A DNA stretch of 64,000 nucleotides from the human T2T-CHM13v2.0 reference genome, Homo sapiens, in NCBI RefSeq assembly GCF_009914755.1, contig NC_060947.1; one strand, 5' to 3'. The notes below the pieces were generated by a model. It was not told the DNA's origin, did no database searches, and saw only the letters and a program-made list of their open reading frames with translations. Shown here in pieces: positions 17,101-42,493 of this stretch (its first letter is position 1; each line of letters opens with the position of its first letter). Both the position numbers and the translations under genes were made by a program.

Positions 17101-20100
17101 AGGCATTCTAACTGGAGAAACTCCTAGCCTACCACAGGAATTCTAATAATTGAGACACCTGGACGACCTCTCATATTCTAAGAATAGAGACACCTTGCCA
17201 ACCCCAGGCATTAAAACAGGAAGACTCCTGGCCAACACCAGGCATTCTAATGATAGACACTCTTGGCTGACCCCTGGCATTCTAACGGGATGAGGATAGG
17301 TCTTCTATTGATAGAGACTCCTGTTCTACTCCAGGCATTCTAATGATAGAGACACCCGTGTGACCTCAGTCATTGTAAGGATAAAGACACCTGGCCAACC
17401 CAAGGCATTCTAATGAGAGAGGCTCCTGGCCAACCCCAGGCATTCTACAGAAGAGACTCCTAGCCAAACGCAGGCATTCTAATGATAGAAACTCCTAAAT
17501 GAACCCAGGCATTATAATGATAAAGACACCTGGGCAATCTCAGGCATGCTAAGGATAGAGACACCTGGTGGACCACAGACATTCTACCTGGAGAGACTTT
17601 TGGCCGACCCTAGGCATTCTAATGATAGAGACACCTGGGCGACCTCAGGCATTCTAAGGATAGAGCAGTTTGACCCCAGGCATTTTAACTGGAGAGATTC
17701 CTGGCCAATCATAGGGATTCTAATGATAGAGACTCCTTTTTGACCCCAGGCTTTCTAATGATAGAGATGGCTGTGTGACCTCAGGCATTCTAAGGTTAGA
17801 GACACCTGGCTGACCCCAGGCATTCTAACAGGAGAGAGTCCTAATTGATCCCAGGCCTTCTAATGAGAGAGACTCCTCTCCGACTCCAGGCATTCTAATA
17901 ATAGAGACACCAGGAGGACCTCAGGCATTCTAAGGATACAGATACCTGGCCGACTTCAGGCATTCTAATCTTAGAGACTCCTGGCCAACCCCAGACATTC
18001 TAATGGTAGAGACTCCTGACTGACCCCAGGCATTCTAATAAGAGAGACACCTGTGTAACCTCAGGTAGTTTAAGGATAGAGGTACCTGGCTGACCCAGGC
18101 ATTCTAACTGGAGAGGCCCCTGACTGACCCCATGCCTTCTAACTGGAGAGACTCCTGGCAGACACCCACCATTCTAATGATAGAGGCACCTGGGTGACCT
18201 CAGGCATTCCTAAGATAAAGACACGTGCCTAACCCAAGGCTTTCTAATGGGAGAGACTTCAGGCCGACCTCAGACATTGTAATGAATGAGACACCTGTGC
18301 AACCTCAGCTATTTTTAAGGATAGAGACACTTGGCCAATTCCAGGCATTCTAATGAGAGAGACTTCCGGCCGACTGCAGACATTATAATAACATAGACTT
18401 TTGACCTACCCCAGGTATTCTAATGATAGATAAATATATGACCTCAGTCATTTTAAGAATACAAACACCTGGAAGACTCTGTCTATGAGAGAGATTCCTG
18501 GCCAAACTCACGCATTCTAGTAATGGAGACACCTGTGCAACCTCAGTCAGTCCAAGTATAGAGCTAGCTGCTCAACCCCAGGCACTCTAATGAGAGAGAC
18601 TTTGGCTGACCCCAGGCATTCTAACGGGAGAAATTCCTAGCCAAACCCAATTATTCTAATGATAGAGACTCCTCACATATCTTAGGCATTTTAATGATAG
18701 AGACACCTGGGCGACCTCAGGCATCCTAAGGATGGAGACACCAGGTGGACCACAGGCATTCTAATAGGAAAGACTCATGGCTGACCTCAGGAATTCTAAT
18801 GATAGAGACACCTGGGCAACATCAGGCATTCTAAGGATAGAGACACCTGGCTGACCCAAGGCATTCGAACAAAAAGGAGAGACTCCTGGCTGACCCCAGA
18901 CATTCTAATGATAGAGACACCTGGGAGATCTCAGGTATTTTAAAAATAGAGACACAGGGTCAACCCCAGGCATTCTACCATGATAGACCCCTGGCTGACC
19001 CCAGGCATTCTAATGGGAGAGACACATGGCCTACCACAGGCATTCTAATGATAGAGAAACCTGTCCAATCTCAGAGATTCTAAGGATAGAGACACCAGCC
19101 AACCCCAGGCATTCTAACGAAAGTGACACCTGGCCGACCCCAGGCATTCTGATGTTAGTGACACCTGGGCAACCTCAGGCATTCTAAGGATAGAGACACC
19201 TGACAGACTTCAGGCATTCTAACAGGAGAAACTCCTGACCAACAGCAGGCATGTTAATAATAGATACTCCTGGTTGACCCCAGGCATTCTAATGATAGAG
19301 ACACCTGGGCGATCTCAGTCATTCTGAAGATAAAGACACCTGGACTAAACACGGGCATTCTAACAAGAGAGACTCCTGTCTAACCCCAGGCATTCTAATG
19401 GGAGAGACTCCTGCTTGACCTCAGGCATTCTAATGGGAGAGACTTCAGCTGATATCAGGCATGCTAATGATAGAGACACGTGGGTGATGTCAGGCCTTCT
19501 AAGGATAGAGACACCTGGCCGAAGCCAGGCATTTTAACAGAAGTGATTCCTGGCTGACCTCAGGCATACTAACAAAGAAGACTCCTCCTGGCCGACCCTA
19601 AGCATTCTAATGATAGAGACACCTGGGTGACCTCAGGCATTCCAAAAATAGGAACACCTGGGAGATCTCTGGCATTCTAACATGGGAGATTTCTTTCCAA
19701 ACCCAGGCATTCTAATGATAAAGACTCCTTGCAGACCCCAGGCATTCTAATGATAGAGGCACATGCACGACCTCAGTTCTTCTAAGGATAGAGACAGCTG
19801 GCTGACCCCAGGCATTCTAATGGGAGAGACTTCTGGTTGACCACAGGCATTCTTAGGATAGAGACTCCTTGCTTACACCAGGCATTCTAATGTTAGAGAC
19901 ACCTGCACATCCTAAGGCATTATAAAGATAGAGACACCTGGCCAAACTCAGGCATGCTAAATGGAAAGACTGCTGGCAGAACCCAGGCATTCAAAAGGGA
20001 GAGACACCTGGGAAACCTCACACATTCTAAGGATAGAGACCCCAGTTTTACCCTAGGCATTATAATGAGGGACACTCCTGGACGACCCCAGGACAGAGAC

Positions 20101-22050
20101 TTCTGCTTGACCCCAGGCATTCTAAAGATAGAGATACCTCAGCCACCTAAGGCATCCGAAGGATAGAAACATCTGGCCGGCCCCAAACATTCTAACCAAA
20201 GAGACTTCTGGCCGGCCCCAGAAATTCTATTAATAAATTCTGTTTGCTGGCCCCAGGCATTCTACTGATAGAGACAACTTGCCGAACTTAAGCATTGTAA
20301 AGATTGAGACACCTGGCCGACCCTGGGCATTCTAATGGGAGAGACTTCTGGCTGACACCAGGCATTCTAAAGACAGAGACTCCTAACCAAACCCATTCAT
20401 TTTAATGATAGAAACCCCTGAGCAACATCTGGCATTGTAAGAATAGAGACAACTGGCCATCACTAGGCATTCTAACAGCAGAGAATTCTGTCCAACCCCA
20501 GGCATCCTAATAATGGAGACTTCTGGCATAACCCAGGCATTCTAATAATAGTGACACCTGGGTGACCTCAGGCATTCTAATGATAGAGACACATGGCTGA
20601 CCCCAGTTGTTCTAGCCGGAGAGGCTCCTGGCCGACTGCAGGCATTCTAATAATAGAGACACCTGGGCAACTTTAGACATCCTAAAAATAAAGATAACTG
20701 GCTGAAACCCAGACATTCTCACAGGACAGACTCCTGACCGACCCCAGGCATTCTAATAAGAGAGACTCCTGCCCAACATCTGGCTTTCTAATGGGAGAGA
20801 CTCCTGGCCGAACCCAGACATTCTAATGAGAGAGACACTTTGCCGACCCCAGGCTTTCTAATAATACAGACACTTGGGTAACCTCAGGCATGCTAAGTAT
20901 AGAGACACCTGGCTGACCCCAGGTATTCTAACAGGAGAGACTCCTGTCCAACCCTAGGCATTCTAATAAGGTACTTTCATTGTGAAAAACAGGCATTCTA
21001 ATGATAGAGACCCCTGATCAGAACCTGGGCATTCTAACAATAGAAACACCTGAACAACCTCAGGGGTTCTAAGGATAGAGACACAAGGTGGACCTCAGGA
21101 ATTCTAATGGAAGAGACCTGTGGCCGACCTAAGGCAATCTAATGATAAATACATTGGTGCAACCACAAGCATTCTAAGGATAGAGACACATGGCTGACCG
21201 CAGGCCTTGTAATAGGAGAAAGTTCTGGTAGACTCCAGGCATTCTAATGATAAAGACTCCTGGCCGACCCCAGGCATGCTAATCATAGAGACTCCTGTCA
21301 TATCTCAGGCATTGTAATGATAGAGATACCTGTGCGACCTCAGGCATTCTAAGAATAGAGACACCTGGCCAAACCCAGGCATTTTAAAGGGAGGGACTCC
21401 TGGATGACTGCAGGCATTCTAATGTTAGAAACACCTGTGTGACCTCAGGCATTCTAAAAATAGAGACCCCTGGCTGACCGCATGCATTCTGATAGGAGAA
21501 ACCTCCAGCCAACACCATGCATTCTAATGACAGAGACTACATGCTGAACCCAGGCATTTTAATTATAGGGTCACCTGGGTGACAGCAGGCTTTGTAAAGA
21601 TAGAGACACCTGGCTGACAATAGGCATTCTAACGGCACAGACTCCTGTCCAACCCTAGGCATTCTAATGATGGAGACTCCTGGCATACCCCAGGCATTCT
21701 AATAATAGAGACAACAGGGCGATGTCAGCCATTCTAAGGATAGAGACAACTGGTCAAACCCAGGCATTCTAATGGGAGAGAACTCTTGCCGATTGCAGGC
21801 TTTCTAATAATAGAGACTCCTGGCCAAACACAGGCATTCTAATGATAGAGACACCTGGACGACCTCTGGCATTCTAAGGATAAAGACTCCTGGCAGAAAC
21901 CCAGACATTTCAAGAAGAGGGGCTCCTGTCTGACCCCAGGCATTCTAACGGGAGAGACTCCTGCTTGACTCCAGGCATTCTAATGGAACAGGCTCCTGGC
22001 CGAACCCAGGCATTGTAATAATAGATACTGCTGGCCAACCCCAGACATTC
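8137..22050. repeat. 35-bp satellite (HSAT4), segment 3
   Basis: About 14 kb of uninterrupted 35-bp units in one orientation. Confidence 0.9.
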
Positions 22051-33566
<11,516 letters not shown>

Positions 33567-33856
33567 TTTTTTTTTCTTTTTTGAAGTGTCATTCTGTCAC
33601 CCAGGCTGGAGTGCATGGCGTGATCTTGGCTCACTGCAACCTCCACCCCCCAAGTTCAATCAATACTCCTGTGTCAGCCTCCCAAACAGCTGGGATTACA
33701 GGCATACGCCACAATACCCAGCAAATTTTTGTATTTTTAGTAGAGACAGGGTTTCACCATGTTCATCAGGCTGGTCTCGAACTCCTGACATCATGAGCCA
33801 CCCACCTCGGCCTCCCAAAGTACTGAGATTACAGGCATGAGCCAGAGAACGGAGCC
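33567..33856 (-). mobile_element. Alu, AluSg-like
   Basis: Poly-T at 33567-33582 followed by an Alu reverse complement with CAGGCTGGTCTCGAACTCCTGACATCATGA (short Sg-type spacing); degraded ~16-bp TSD ctacctccaacattct / caaactccagtattct. Confidence 0.85.
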
Positions 33857-34652
33857 CAAACTCCAGTATTCTAAGAATACAGACATCTTGCCGAACTCCA
33901 TAATTTTAACTGAAGAGTCTCCTAGCTGACCCCAGGGGTTCCAATGATAAAGATACCTGGGTGACCTCAGTCATTCTAAGGATACAGACCCTGCCCAACC
34001 CCAGTCATTGTAATGATAGACACATGCGTGACCTCAGGCATTCTAATGACAGAGACCTCTGGCCCACATGAGGCATTCTACTAGGAGAGGCTCCTGGCCT
34101 ACCACAGGCATTCTAATGATAGAGACATCTGGTCAATCTCAAACATTCTGAGAATAGAGACTCCTGGATGATCCCAGGTATTCTAATAATAGAGACATCT
34201 GGGCTACATCCAGCATTCTAAGGATAAAGACATCTGGCTGAACACAGGCCTTCTAATGATAGAGACACCTGGGTGACCTCAGGCATTTTAAGGATAAAGA
34301 CTCCTGGCTGACCCAAGGCATCCTGATGACAGACACCTTGGCGACCTTGGGCATTCTAAAACTTGAGAGTCCTAGCCAACCTCAGGCATTCTAATGATAG
34401 AGACAACTGGGTGACCTCTGGCATTCCAAGGATAGACTTCTGGCCGACCTCAGGCATTCTAATGGGAGACTCTCTTGGCTGAGCCCAGGTATTCTAATTA
34501 CCAGAGTCACCTGGGCGAACTCAAGCATTCTAAGAATAGAGTCTCTTGGCCAACCCCAGATGATCTAATGATAGACAACTGAATGACCTTAGGGATTCTA
34601 ATAATAGAGACATCTGGGCCACCTCTAGCATTCTAAGGATAGAGACATCTGG
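33857..34652. repeat. 35-bp satellite (HSAT4), segment 5 (array end)
   Basis: The last unit ends ...AAGGATAGAGACATCTGG at 34652. Confidence 0.88.
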
Positions 34653-37600
34653 AATATATATTTTCATTCACCAGGTTGAAAACACTCTTTTTGTTTATTA
34701 TACGAGGGGAAATTTCTGAGCCCATTGAATCGCATAAAAATAGAATATTCTGCGATTAAAAACTAGAAACAAGCTATCTTTGAAAATGCTTTGTTAACTG
34801 TGGCTTCATCTCAAGAATGGGACCATCTCACGGAATAGAACCATCTCAGAGAATGAAGTGTTTCCAGGTTGGAAATGCTCTTTTTGAAGAATCTATGGAG
34901 CAAAGATTCTGAGCCCATTGTAACCAAAAAGGAAAATCGAATATCCCACAATAAAAACTAGAAAGAAGCTATCAGTGAAAATATTTCTGATGTGTGGTTT
35001 CATTTCACAGAATGGAAACTGTGTATTGATTCACCAGGTAAATTATAGCCTTTTTGTAGAATCTTCGGGTGTACAATTCTGAACCCATTGAAGCCTATAG
35101 TGAAAATTGAATATCCCAGGATAAAAACTAGAAACAAGCTGTGAAAATGCTTTGTGATGTGAGGATTTATCGCACAGAATGGAACCTGATTTTTGATTCA
35201 CCAGGTCGGAAACACACTTTTGGTAGATCCTACAAAGAGACACATTTGAGACTATTGTGGCCACGAGAAAAAAATTAAATATCCCACCATAAAAACTGGA
35301 AACATGTTATCTGTAAAAATCCTTTCTGATGTTTGGATTCGCATTTTAATTCATCAGGTTCTAGACACTCTTTTTGTAGAATCTATGAATTGGTATTTCG
35401 GAGCCCATTGAAGGCTATAGTGTAAAACAGAATATCCCATGATAGAAACTAGAAAAAAGCTATATGTGAAAATCCTTTCTTATGTGCAGATTCACGGCAG
35501 AGAATGAAACCTATGTTTTGATTCACCAGGCTGGAAACACTTTATTTGTAGAAATTTGAAGAAACAATTCAGAGGCCATTGTGGCCAATATGGAAAACTG
35601 AATATTCCGTGAAAAAAAAATAAAAACAAGCCATCTATGAAAATGCTATGTGATGCATGGATTCATCTCACAGAATGTAACATGTGTTTTCATGCACCAG
35701 GCTCAAAACACTCTTTTTGTAGAACCTATAAACGGACATTTCTGAGCCCGTCGAATCCCATAAAAAATGTTGAGTATACCATGATTAAAACTAAAAACAA
35801 GCTGTCTGTGAAAATGCTTTGTGAAGTGTGGATTCATCCCACAGAATGGAAACTGTGTATTGATTCACAGGTTAAAAACACTCTTCTCTAGAGTCTACAG
35901 GGCTACTATTCTGAGCCAATTGAAGTGTATAGTGAAAAATGAATATCCCACAATAAAAACTAGAAAAAAATCTATCTGTGAAAATGCTTTGTGTTGTGTG
36001 GATTCATCTCACAGAATAAAACCTGTGTTTTCACTCACCAAGTTGAAAACACACTTTTTGTAAAATCTTCTTAAGGACATTTCTGTGTCCATTGAGGTCC
36101 ATAAAAAATTAAATATCCCATGAAAAAAACTAGATAAAAAACTATGTGTGAAAACTCCTTGTGATGTGTGGATTTATCTCCCAGAATGGAACTTGTGTTT
36201 TGATTCACCAGGGTAAAAATGTTTTTTGTAGAATCTACAAAGGGACATTACTGAGCCCATTACATGCAATAACAAAAATAGAAAATCCTAGGAGAAAAAC
36301 TAGAAACAAGCTATCTGTGAAAGTGCTTTTTGATGTGTAGATTCAACTCACAGAATGCAACCTGAAAATGCATCAGTTTGCAAACACTCTTTTTGTAGAA
36401 GCTACTTAGGGACATTTGTGTGCTCATTGAGACCAATTAGGAAACATCAGATATCCCTCAATAAAAACTATAAACAAGCTATCTGTGAACATAGTTTTTG
36501 ATGTGTGGATTCATCTCACAGAATGGAACCTGTTTTTGATTTACCAGGTTGGAAACAAGCTTTTTCTAAGATCTGCAAAGGACATTTTTTTGAGCCCACT
36601 AAGGCTTACAAAAAAAATTAAATATCTTTTGATAAGAACTTGAAACACACTATCTGTGAAAATGCTTCTTGATTTGTAAATTTATCTCACAGAATGGAAA
36701 CTGTGTTGTAATTCACCAGATTGGAAGCGCTCATTTGTAGAATCTACAAAGGGACATTTTTTAGCACATTGATGCCAATAAGGACAATCGAATATCTTGT
36801 GAAAAAACTAGAAACAAGCTACTGGTAAAAATGCTTTACAACCTGTGGATTCATCTCAAGGAATTGAACCTGTGTTTTTGATACATGAGCTTGAAAACAC
36901 TCTTTCGGTAGAATCTATTGAGGGACACTTCTGAATCCATTGAGGCCAGTTAGGAAAATAGAATATCCCACGGTAAAAACTGGAAACAGTCTGTCTATAG
37001 AAATGCTCTGTAATGCCTGGATTCATCTCACAGAATGGAGTCTGTATTTTGATTCACCAGATTGAAAACATTTTCTTTTAGAACCTATGAAGGGACATTT
37101 CTGAGCCCACTGAGGAAAAAAAATAGAATATCCCACGATAAAAACTAGAAACAACTTATCTGTGAAAGTTTTTTGTGACTCGTAACTTCATTGCACAAAA
37201 TAAATCTTGTTTTTTGATTCACCAGGTTGGAAACATTGTTTTGTTACAGTCTATGAAGGGGCATTTTTGAGCCCATTGTGGCCAATGAGGAAATTCAAAT
37301 ATCCCATGATAAATACTAGGAACAAGCCGTTTGTGAAAATGCTTTGTGATGTGTGAATTCATATCACGGAATGGAACATGTGTTTTCATTAACCAGGTTG
37401 GAAAGACTCTCTTTGTACATCTTCAGAGGGACAATTCTGAGACCTTTAGGCCCATAAAAAATCAAATATCATGCGATAAAAAACACAAGCAACTTTTGAA
37501 AATGCTTTGTGATGTCTAAATTTGTCTCACAGAATGAAACCTGTGTTTTGCTTCACCAAGTTGGAAACACTCTTTATGTAGTATCTACGAGGGGACATTT

Positions 37601-39157
37601 CTGAGCCTTTTGAAGCCTGTAATGAATAACTGAATATCACATGATAAAAATAAGAAACAAGCAATCTGTAAAAATATTTTGTAATGTGTGAATTCATCTT
37701 TCAGAATGGAAAGTATGTTTTGATTCTTCATTTTGGAAACTCTCTTTTGGTAGAATTTATAGCCAAACATCTCTGAGCCCATTGAATCCTATAAGGAAAA
37801 ACTAAATATCGTGTGTTAAGAACTAGAAAAAAGCTATCTGTGAAAATGCTTTGGGATGCGTGGATTCATCTTACAGAATGGAACATGTGTTTTGTTTTAC
37901 CAGGTTGGAAGCACACTTTCTGTAGACTCTACAAAGGGAAATTTCTTAGCCCTTTTAAGCCTAAGGTTAAAAATGAAATATCCTGCCATAAAAAGTGGAA
38001 GCAAGCTATCTGTGAAAATGCTTTGTGAGGAGTATTCATCTCACAGAATGGAATCTGTTTTTTGATTCACCTGGTTGGAAACACTCTTTTTGTAGATTTT
38101 ACGAAAAGACGTTACTGAGCTTAGTGAAGCCAATAGTGAAAAACCGAATATCCCACATTCAAATCCAGAAAGAAGTTATTTGTGAAAATGCTGTGTGATG
38201 TGTGGACTCATCTCACAAAATAAGACCTGTGCTCTGATTTAAAAGGTTGGAAACACTCTTTTTGCAGTATCTACAAAGGGACATTTCTATGCCCATTGAA
38301 GTCTATAGTGAAAAACCGAATATTCCTCAATTAAAAACTGGAAACAAGCTGTTTATAAAAATGCTTTGTGATGTGTGGATTTTTCTCCCAGAATGGCACC
38401 TCTGTTTTGATTCACCCGGTTGGCAACACTCTTTTTTGTGGAATCTACATAGGTACGATTTTGAGCCCATTGAAGCCTATAGGGAAAAACAAAATATCCC
38501 ATGATAAAAACTGGAAACAAGCTGTCTGTGAAAATGCTTTTGGATGTGTGCATTCATCTTACATAATGGAACATGTGTTTTGATTCAACAGGTAGGAAAG
38601 ACTTTTCTTGCAGAATCTACAAAGAGAAACTTCTGAGCCCACTATGGACCATAAATAAAATCAAATATTCCATGATAAAACTAAAAAGAATCTGTCTGAA
38701 AATTCTTTGTAATGTGTGAGTTCATCTCACAGAATGGTACCCATGTTTTGATTTACCAGAATGGAAAATTCTTTTTTAGAATCTACGAAAGGATATTTCT
38801 GAGCTTAATGAAGCCTAGAGTGAAAAACGAAATATCCCACATGAAAACCTACAAACAAGCTATCTGTGAAAATGCTTTGTGATTTGTGGATTCAGCTAAC
38901 AGAGATAAACCTCCGTTTAACTCTGGATATACTCTTTTTGTAGAATCTATAAAGGGACATTTGTGAGCTATTGAAGCCTAAAATAAAAAACTAAATATTT
39001 AGCAATAAAAAGTAGAAGCAGGATATCTGTGAAATTGTTTCAAGATGAGTGAATTCATCTCAGATGATGGAACTTGTATTTTAACTCACTGGGATGAAAA
39101 CACTCTTTTGCTATAATCTAGGAAGGGACATTTTGGACCCCATTAAAGTCTACAGTG
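34650..39157. repeat. Monomeric, diverged alpha satellite (ALR/Alpha), segment 1
   Basis: ~171-bp period with TGTGAAAATGCTTTGTGATGTGTGGATTCATCTCACAGAATGGAAC...GGAAACACTCTTTTTGTAGAATCT...TAAAAACTAGAAACAAGCT; no CENP-B box seen. Confidence 0.92.
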
Positions 39158-40960
39158 GGTGTGGCTGGCAAGATGGCCGAACAGAAACAGCTCCGGTCTG
39201 CAGTTCCCAGTGAGGTCAATGCAGAAGGTGGGTGATTTTTGCACTTCCAACTGACGTGCCAGGCTCATCACATTTGGACTGGTTAAACAGTAGGTGCAGG
39301 CCATAGAGAGTGAGCTGAAGCAGGGTGGGGCATTGCCTCACCTGGGAAGTGCAAGGGGTTGAAGAACTCCCTCCCCTAGCCAAGGGAAGCCAAGAGGGAC
39401 TGTGCTGTGAGGAATAGTGCACTTCAGCACCGATACTATGCTTTTCCCATGGTCTTTGCAACCCACAGACAAGGAGATTCCCTTTGATGCTTGTCCCACC
39501 AGGGCCCGGGGTTTCAAGCACAAAACTGGGAAGCTTTTTAGGCAGACACTGAGCTGGCTGCAGGAGTTTTTCTTCCCATATGCCAGTGGCACCTGGAATT
39601 CCAGTGAGACAGACCCATTCACTTCCTTGGAAAAGGGTCTGAAGCCAGGGAGCCAAGTGGCCTAGCTCAGTGGATCCCACATCCATGAAGCCTAGCAAGC
39701 TAAGATTCACTGGATTGAAATTCTTGCTGCCAGCACAGCAGTCTGAAGTCGACCTGGGATGCTGGAGCTTGGTGAGGGTAGGTGCATGGGCCATTACTAA
39801 GACTTGAGCAGGCGGTTTTCCCCTCATAGTGTAATTAAAGACCCCAGGAAGTTTGAACTGGGTAGAGCCCATCACAGCTCAGCAAAGCCACTGTTGCCAG
39901 ACTGCCTCTCTAGACTCCTCTTCTCTGGGCAAGGTATCTCTGAAAGTAAGGCAGCAGCCCCTGTCAGGGTCTTAGAGATAAAACTCCCATATCCCTAAGA
40001 CAAAGCACCTTGGGAAAGGGGTGGCTGTGGGTGCAGCTTCAGCAGACTTAACGTTCCTGCCTGCCAGCTCTGAAGAGAGCAGCTGATTTCCCAGCAGAGT
40101 GGGACCCTGACCCCCATGCCTCCTGACTGAAAGACACCTCCCAGCAGGGGTTGACAAACGCCCTCATAAAAAAGAGCTCTGGATGGCTTCTGGCAGGTGC
40201 CCCTCTGGGGCAAATCTTCCAGAGAAAGGAGCAGGCAGCAATCTTTGCTGTACTGCAGCCTCCACTGGTGATACCCAGGCAAAGAGTGTCTGCAGTGGAT
40301 CTCCAGTAAACTCCAGCTGACCTGCAACAGAGGGGCTTGACTGTTAGAAGGAAAGCTAACAAATGGAAAGAAATAGCATCAACATCAACCAAAGGAGGTC
40401 CACACAGAAACCTCATTGGAAGGTTACCAACATAAAGACCAAAAGTAGATAAATCCACGAAGATGAGGAAAAAAGGTGCAAAAAGTCTAAAAAATTCCAA
40501 AAACCAGAATGCCTTTTCTCCCCCAAAGGATCACGAATCCTGACTAACAAGGAAACAAAAGTGGACAGAGAATCAGTTTGACAAATTGAAAGAAGTAGGC
40601 TTCAGAAGGTGGGTAAAAACAAACTCTTCCAAGCTAAAGGAGCATGTTTTAACGCAATACAAAGAAGCTAAGAACCTTGAAAAAGGTTAAACGAATTGCT
40701 AAGTAGAATAACCAGTTTAGAGAAGAACATAAATGACCTGATGGAGCTGAAAAACACAGCATGAGAACTTTGTGAATCATATAGAAGTATCAATAGCTGA
40801 ATCGATCTAGCGGAAGAAAGGATATCAGAGATTGAAGATCAACTTAATGAAATAAAGCCTGAATACAAGATTAGAGAAAGAAGAATGAAAAGAAACAAAC
40901 AAAACCTCAAATAAATATGGGATTATGTGGAAAGACAAAACCTATGTTGGATTATTGTAC
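39158..40960 (+). mobile_element. L1PA7-like element: complete 5'UTR and N-terminal half of a disrupted ORF1
   Basis: Begins ...GGCTGGCAAGATGGCCGAACAGAAACAGCTCCGGTCTGCAG; ORF1-like ATG at 40463 is followed by frameshifts and stops; interrupted by an LTR at 40961. Confidence 0.85.
39169..39179 (+). promoter_or_regulatory. YY1 site at the start of the L1 internal promoter
   Basis: CAAGATGGCCG at the canonical 5'-terminal position of a primate L1 5'UTR. Confidence 0.65.
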
Positions 40961-41859
40961 TATTGCGGGATCTGGCCGGCAGTCTGCAATGCAACGGGGC
41001 TCTCTCTCTGCTCCTAGGTGGATCGGCAAGTTGAGAAATAATGGACACACACAAGATAGTGAAAGCTGGGTCCAGGGGGCCACCGCCTTCTGGTCCCGTG
41101 GTGTCAACAATGCACAGGATATACCTCCATTTATTATTAAGTTTAGCGAGGGTGGGGGTAGGTTAATGAGGGATTTAGGGTCATTTGATTATGAGGTGAG
41201 ATGGTCACATAGGGATGAAGTGATTCTTTAAGATAACATTTGTATGTAGAATAAGTACAGTACATTTGTATGTAGAAGTACAGTATACAGAGATAAGAAT
41301 TTACAATTTAGTGTGTGCGTCAGTAATTTCTAACAGAGCCTTAGAACAGAAACACAATCTTTCCATAACCTATGATTAGCAAGATATTAATCAGCAGTAA
41401 CAATTGCAACAAAAGCTGGTTACAAACAATCCATGGAAACAGGTCGTGAAGCTAGACAACTGGTTAGACCAGAAATTCTCAGAAGGGAGTATGCTTTAAT
41501 CCTAAAGAGGCCTAGAAGAGTCACAGCAAGATGAAGGCGTTTATAGCCCTATCTTATCCATATGGACAGGCGCACCCCATGCATCCATTTATAGGCTTTC
41601 CACAAGGGTCGCATTCCATTCCCAGAGCTACGAACATCTGCTTTTCTGGGATAGGAGTCTTGGTGATGTGAAACCTCCCTGACTGCACGTCCATTCATAG
41701 GCTCTCTGCAGGGGGAGGCACATCACGTGCTGTTGGCTCGTTCTGGCCGTCCAACCTGGCATTGTCTTTACACAATCCTGCATGAAATTTTGTATTTACA
41801 ATAATCAGAAGCATTTCATCTTTTATTCCATAGCAATAGTTTCAGGGGGTCTCTCTACA
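40961..41859 (-). mobile_element. Solo ERVK LTR, LTR13/LTR13A-like (HERV-K13/HML-4), nested in L1 ORF1
   Basis: 899 bp; the minus strand starts TGTAGAGAGACCCCCTGAAACTATTGCTATGGAATAAAAGATGAAATGC; 6-bp TSD TTGTAC (40955-40960) / CTGTAC (41860-41865), a length typical of betaretrovirus-like ERVs. Confidence 0.85.
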
Positions 41860-42204
41860 CTGTACCTGAAATTGATGGGGACAATGGAATTCAAGTTGGA
41901 AAACATTCTTCAGGATATTATCCAGGAGAATTTCCCCAACCTAGTAAGACAAGCTAACATTCAAATTCAGGAAATACAGATAACACCACAAAGATACTCC
42001 TCTAGAAGTGCAACACCAAGACAAGTGATATCAGATTCACCAAAATTGGAATAAAGGAAAAAATGTTAAGGGCATCCAGAGAGAAATGTCGGGTTACCCA
42101 CAAAGGGAAGGCCATCAGACTAACAACGGATATTTCTGCAGAAACCCTACAAGCTAGAAGAGACTTGGGACCAATATTTAATATTCTTAAAAAGAAGAAT
42201 TTTC
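41860..42204 (+). mobile_element. L1PA7-like ORF1 continuation
   Basis: Translates to ENILQDIIQENFPNLVRQANIQIQEIQ and KGKAIRLTTDISAETLQARR (ORF1p RRM/CTD); breaks off at AAGAATTTTC. Confidence 0.87.
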
Positions 42205-42489
42205 TTTTTTTTTTCAGGTGCACTGGTGACGTAATTTATTTTTTTCTCTTTTTTGATATTATACTTTATGTTCTGGGGTACATGTGCGGAATGTACAGGT
42301 TTGTTTCATAGGAATGCACGTGTGATGGTGGTATGCTGTACCCATCAACGGGTCATCTACATTAGATATTTCTCCTAATTCTACTGCTCCCCTAGCCCCA
42401 CAACCCCTGACAAGCCCCAGTGTGTGACATTCCTGTCCCTGTGTCCATGTGTTCTTATTGTTCAACTCCCACTTATGAATGAGAAAATG
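42205..42489 (-). mobile_element. Inverted L1PA7-like 3' end with a double A-tail
   Basis: T10 (42205-42214), 20 non-L1 nt, a T-rich tail, then the reverse complement of the L1 3'UTR up to ...CCCACTTATGAATGAGAAAATG. Confidence 0.85.
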
Positions 42490-42493
42490 TATA

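Noticed and set aside
20968-20992. Non-consensus patch with a mini-hairpin TTTCA-TTG-TGAAA in the satellite (similar patches at ~17288, ~20228, ~28255)
   Set aside because: Too short to distinguish from clustered mutation or repair filler, and unit length is roughly preserved.
39216-40500. 219-aa and 150-aa antisense ORFs in the L1 5'UTR (ORF0-like?)
   Set aside because: The GC-rich UTR is poor in stop codons; I see no recognisable match to the short primate ORF0 peptide and no domain.
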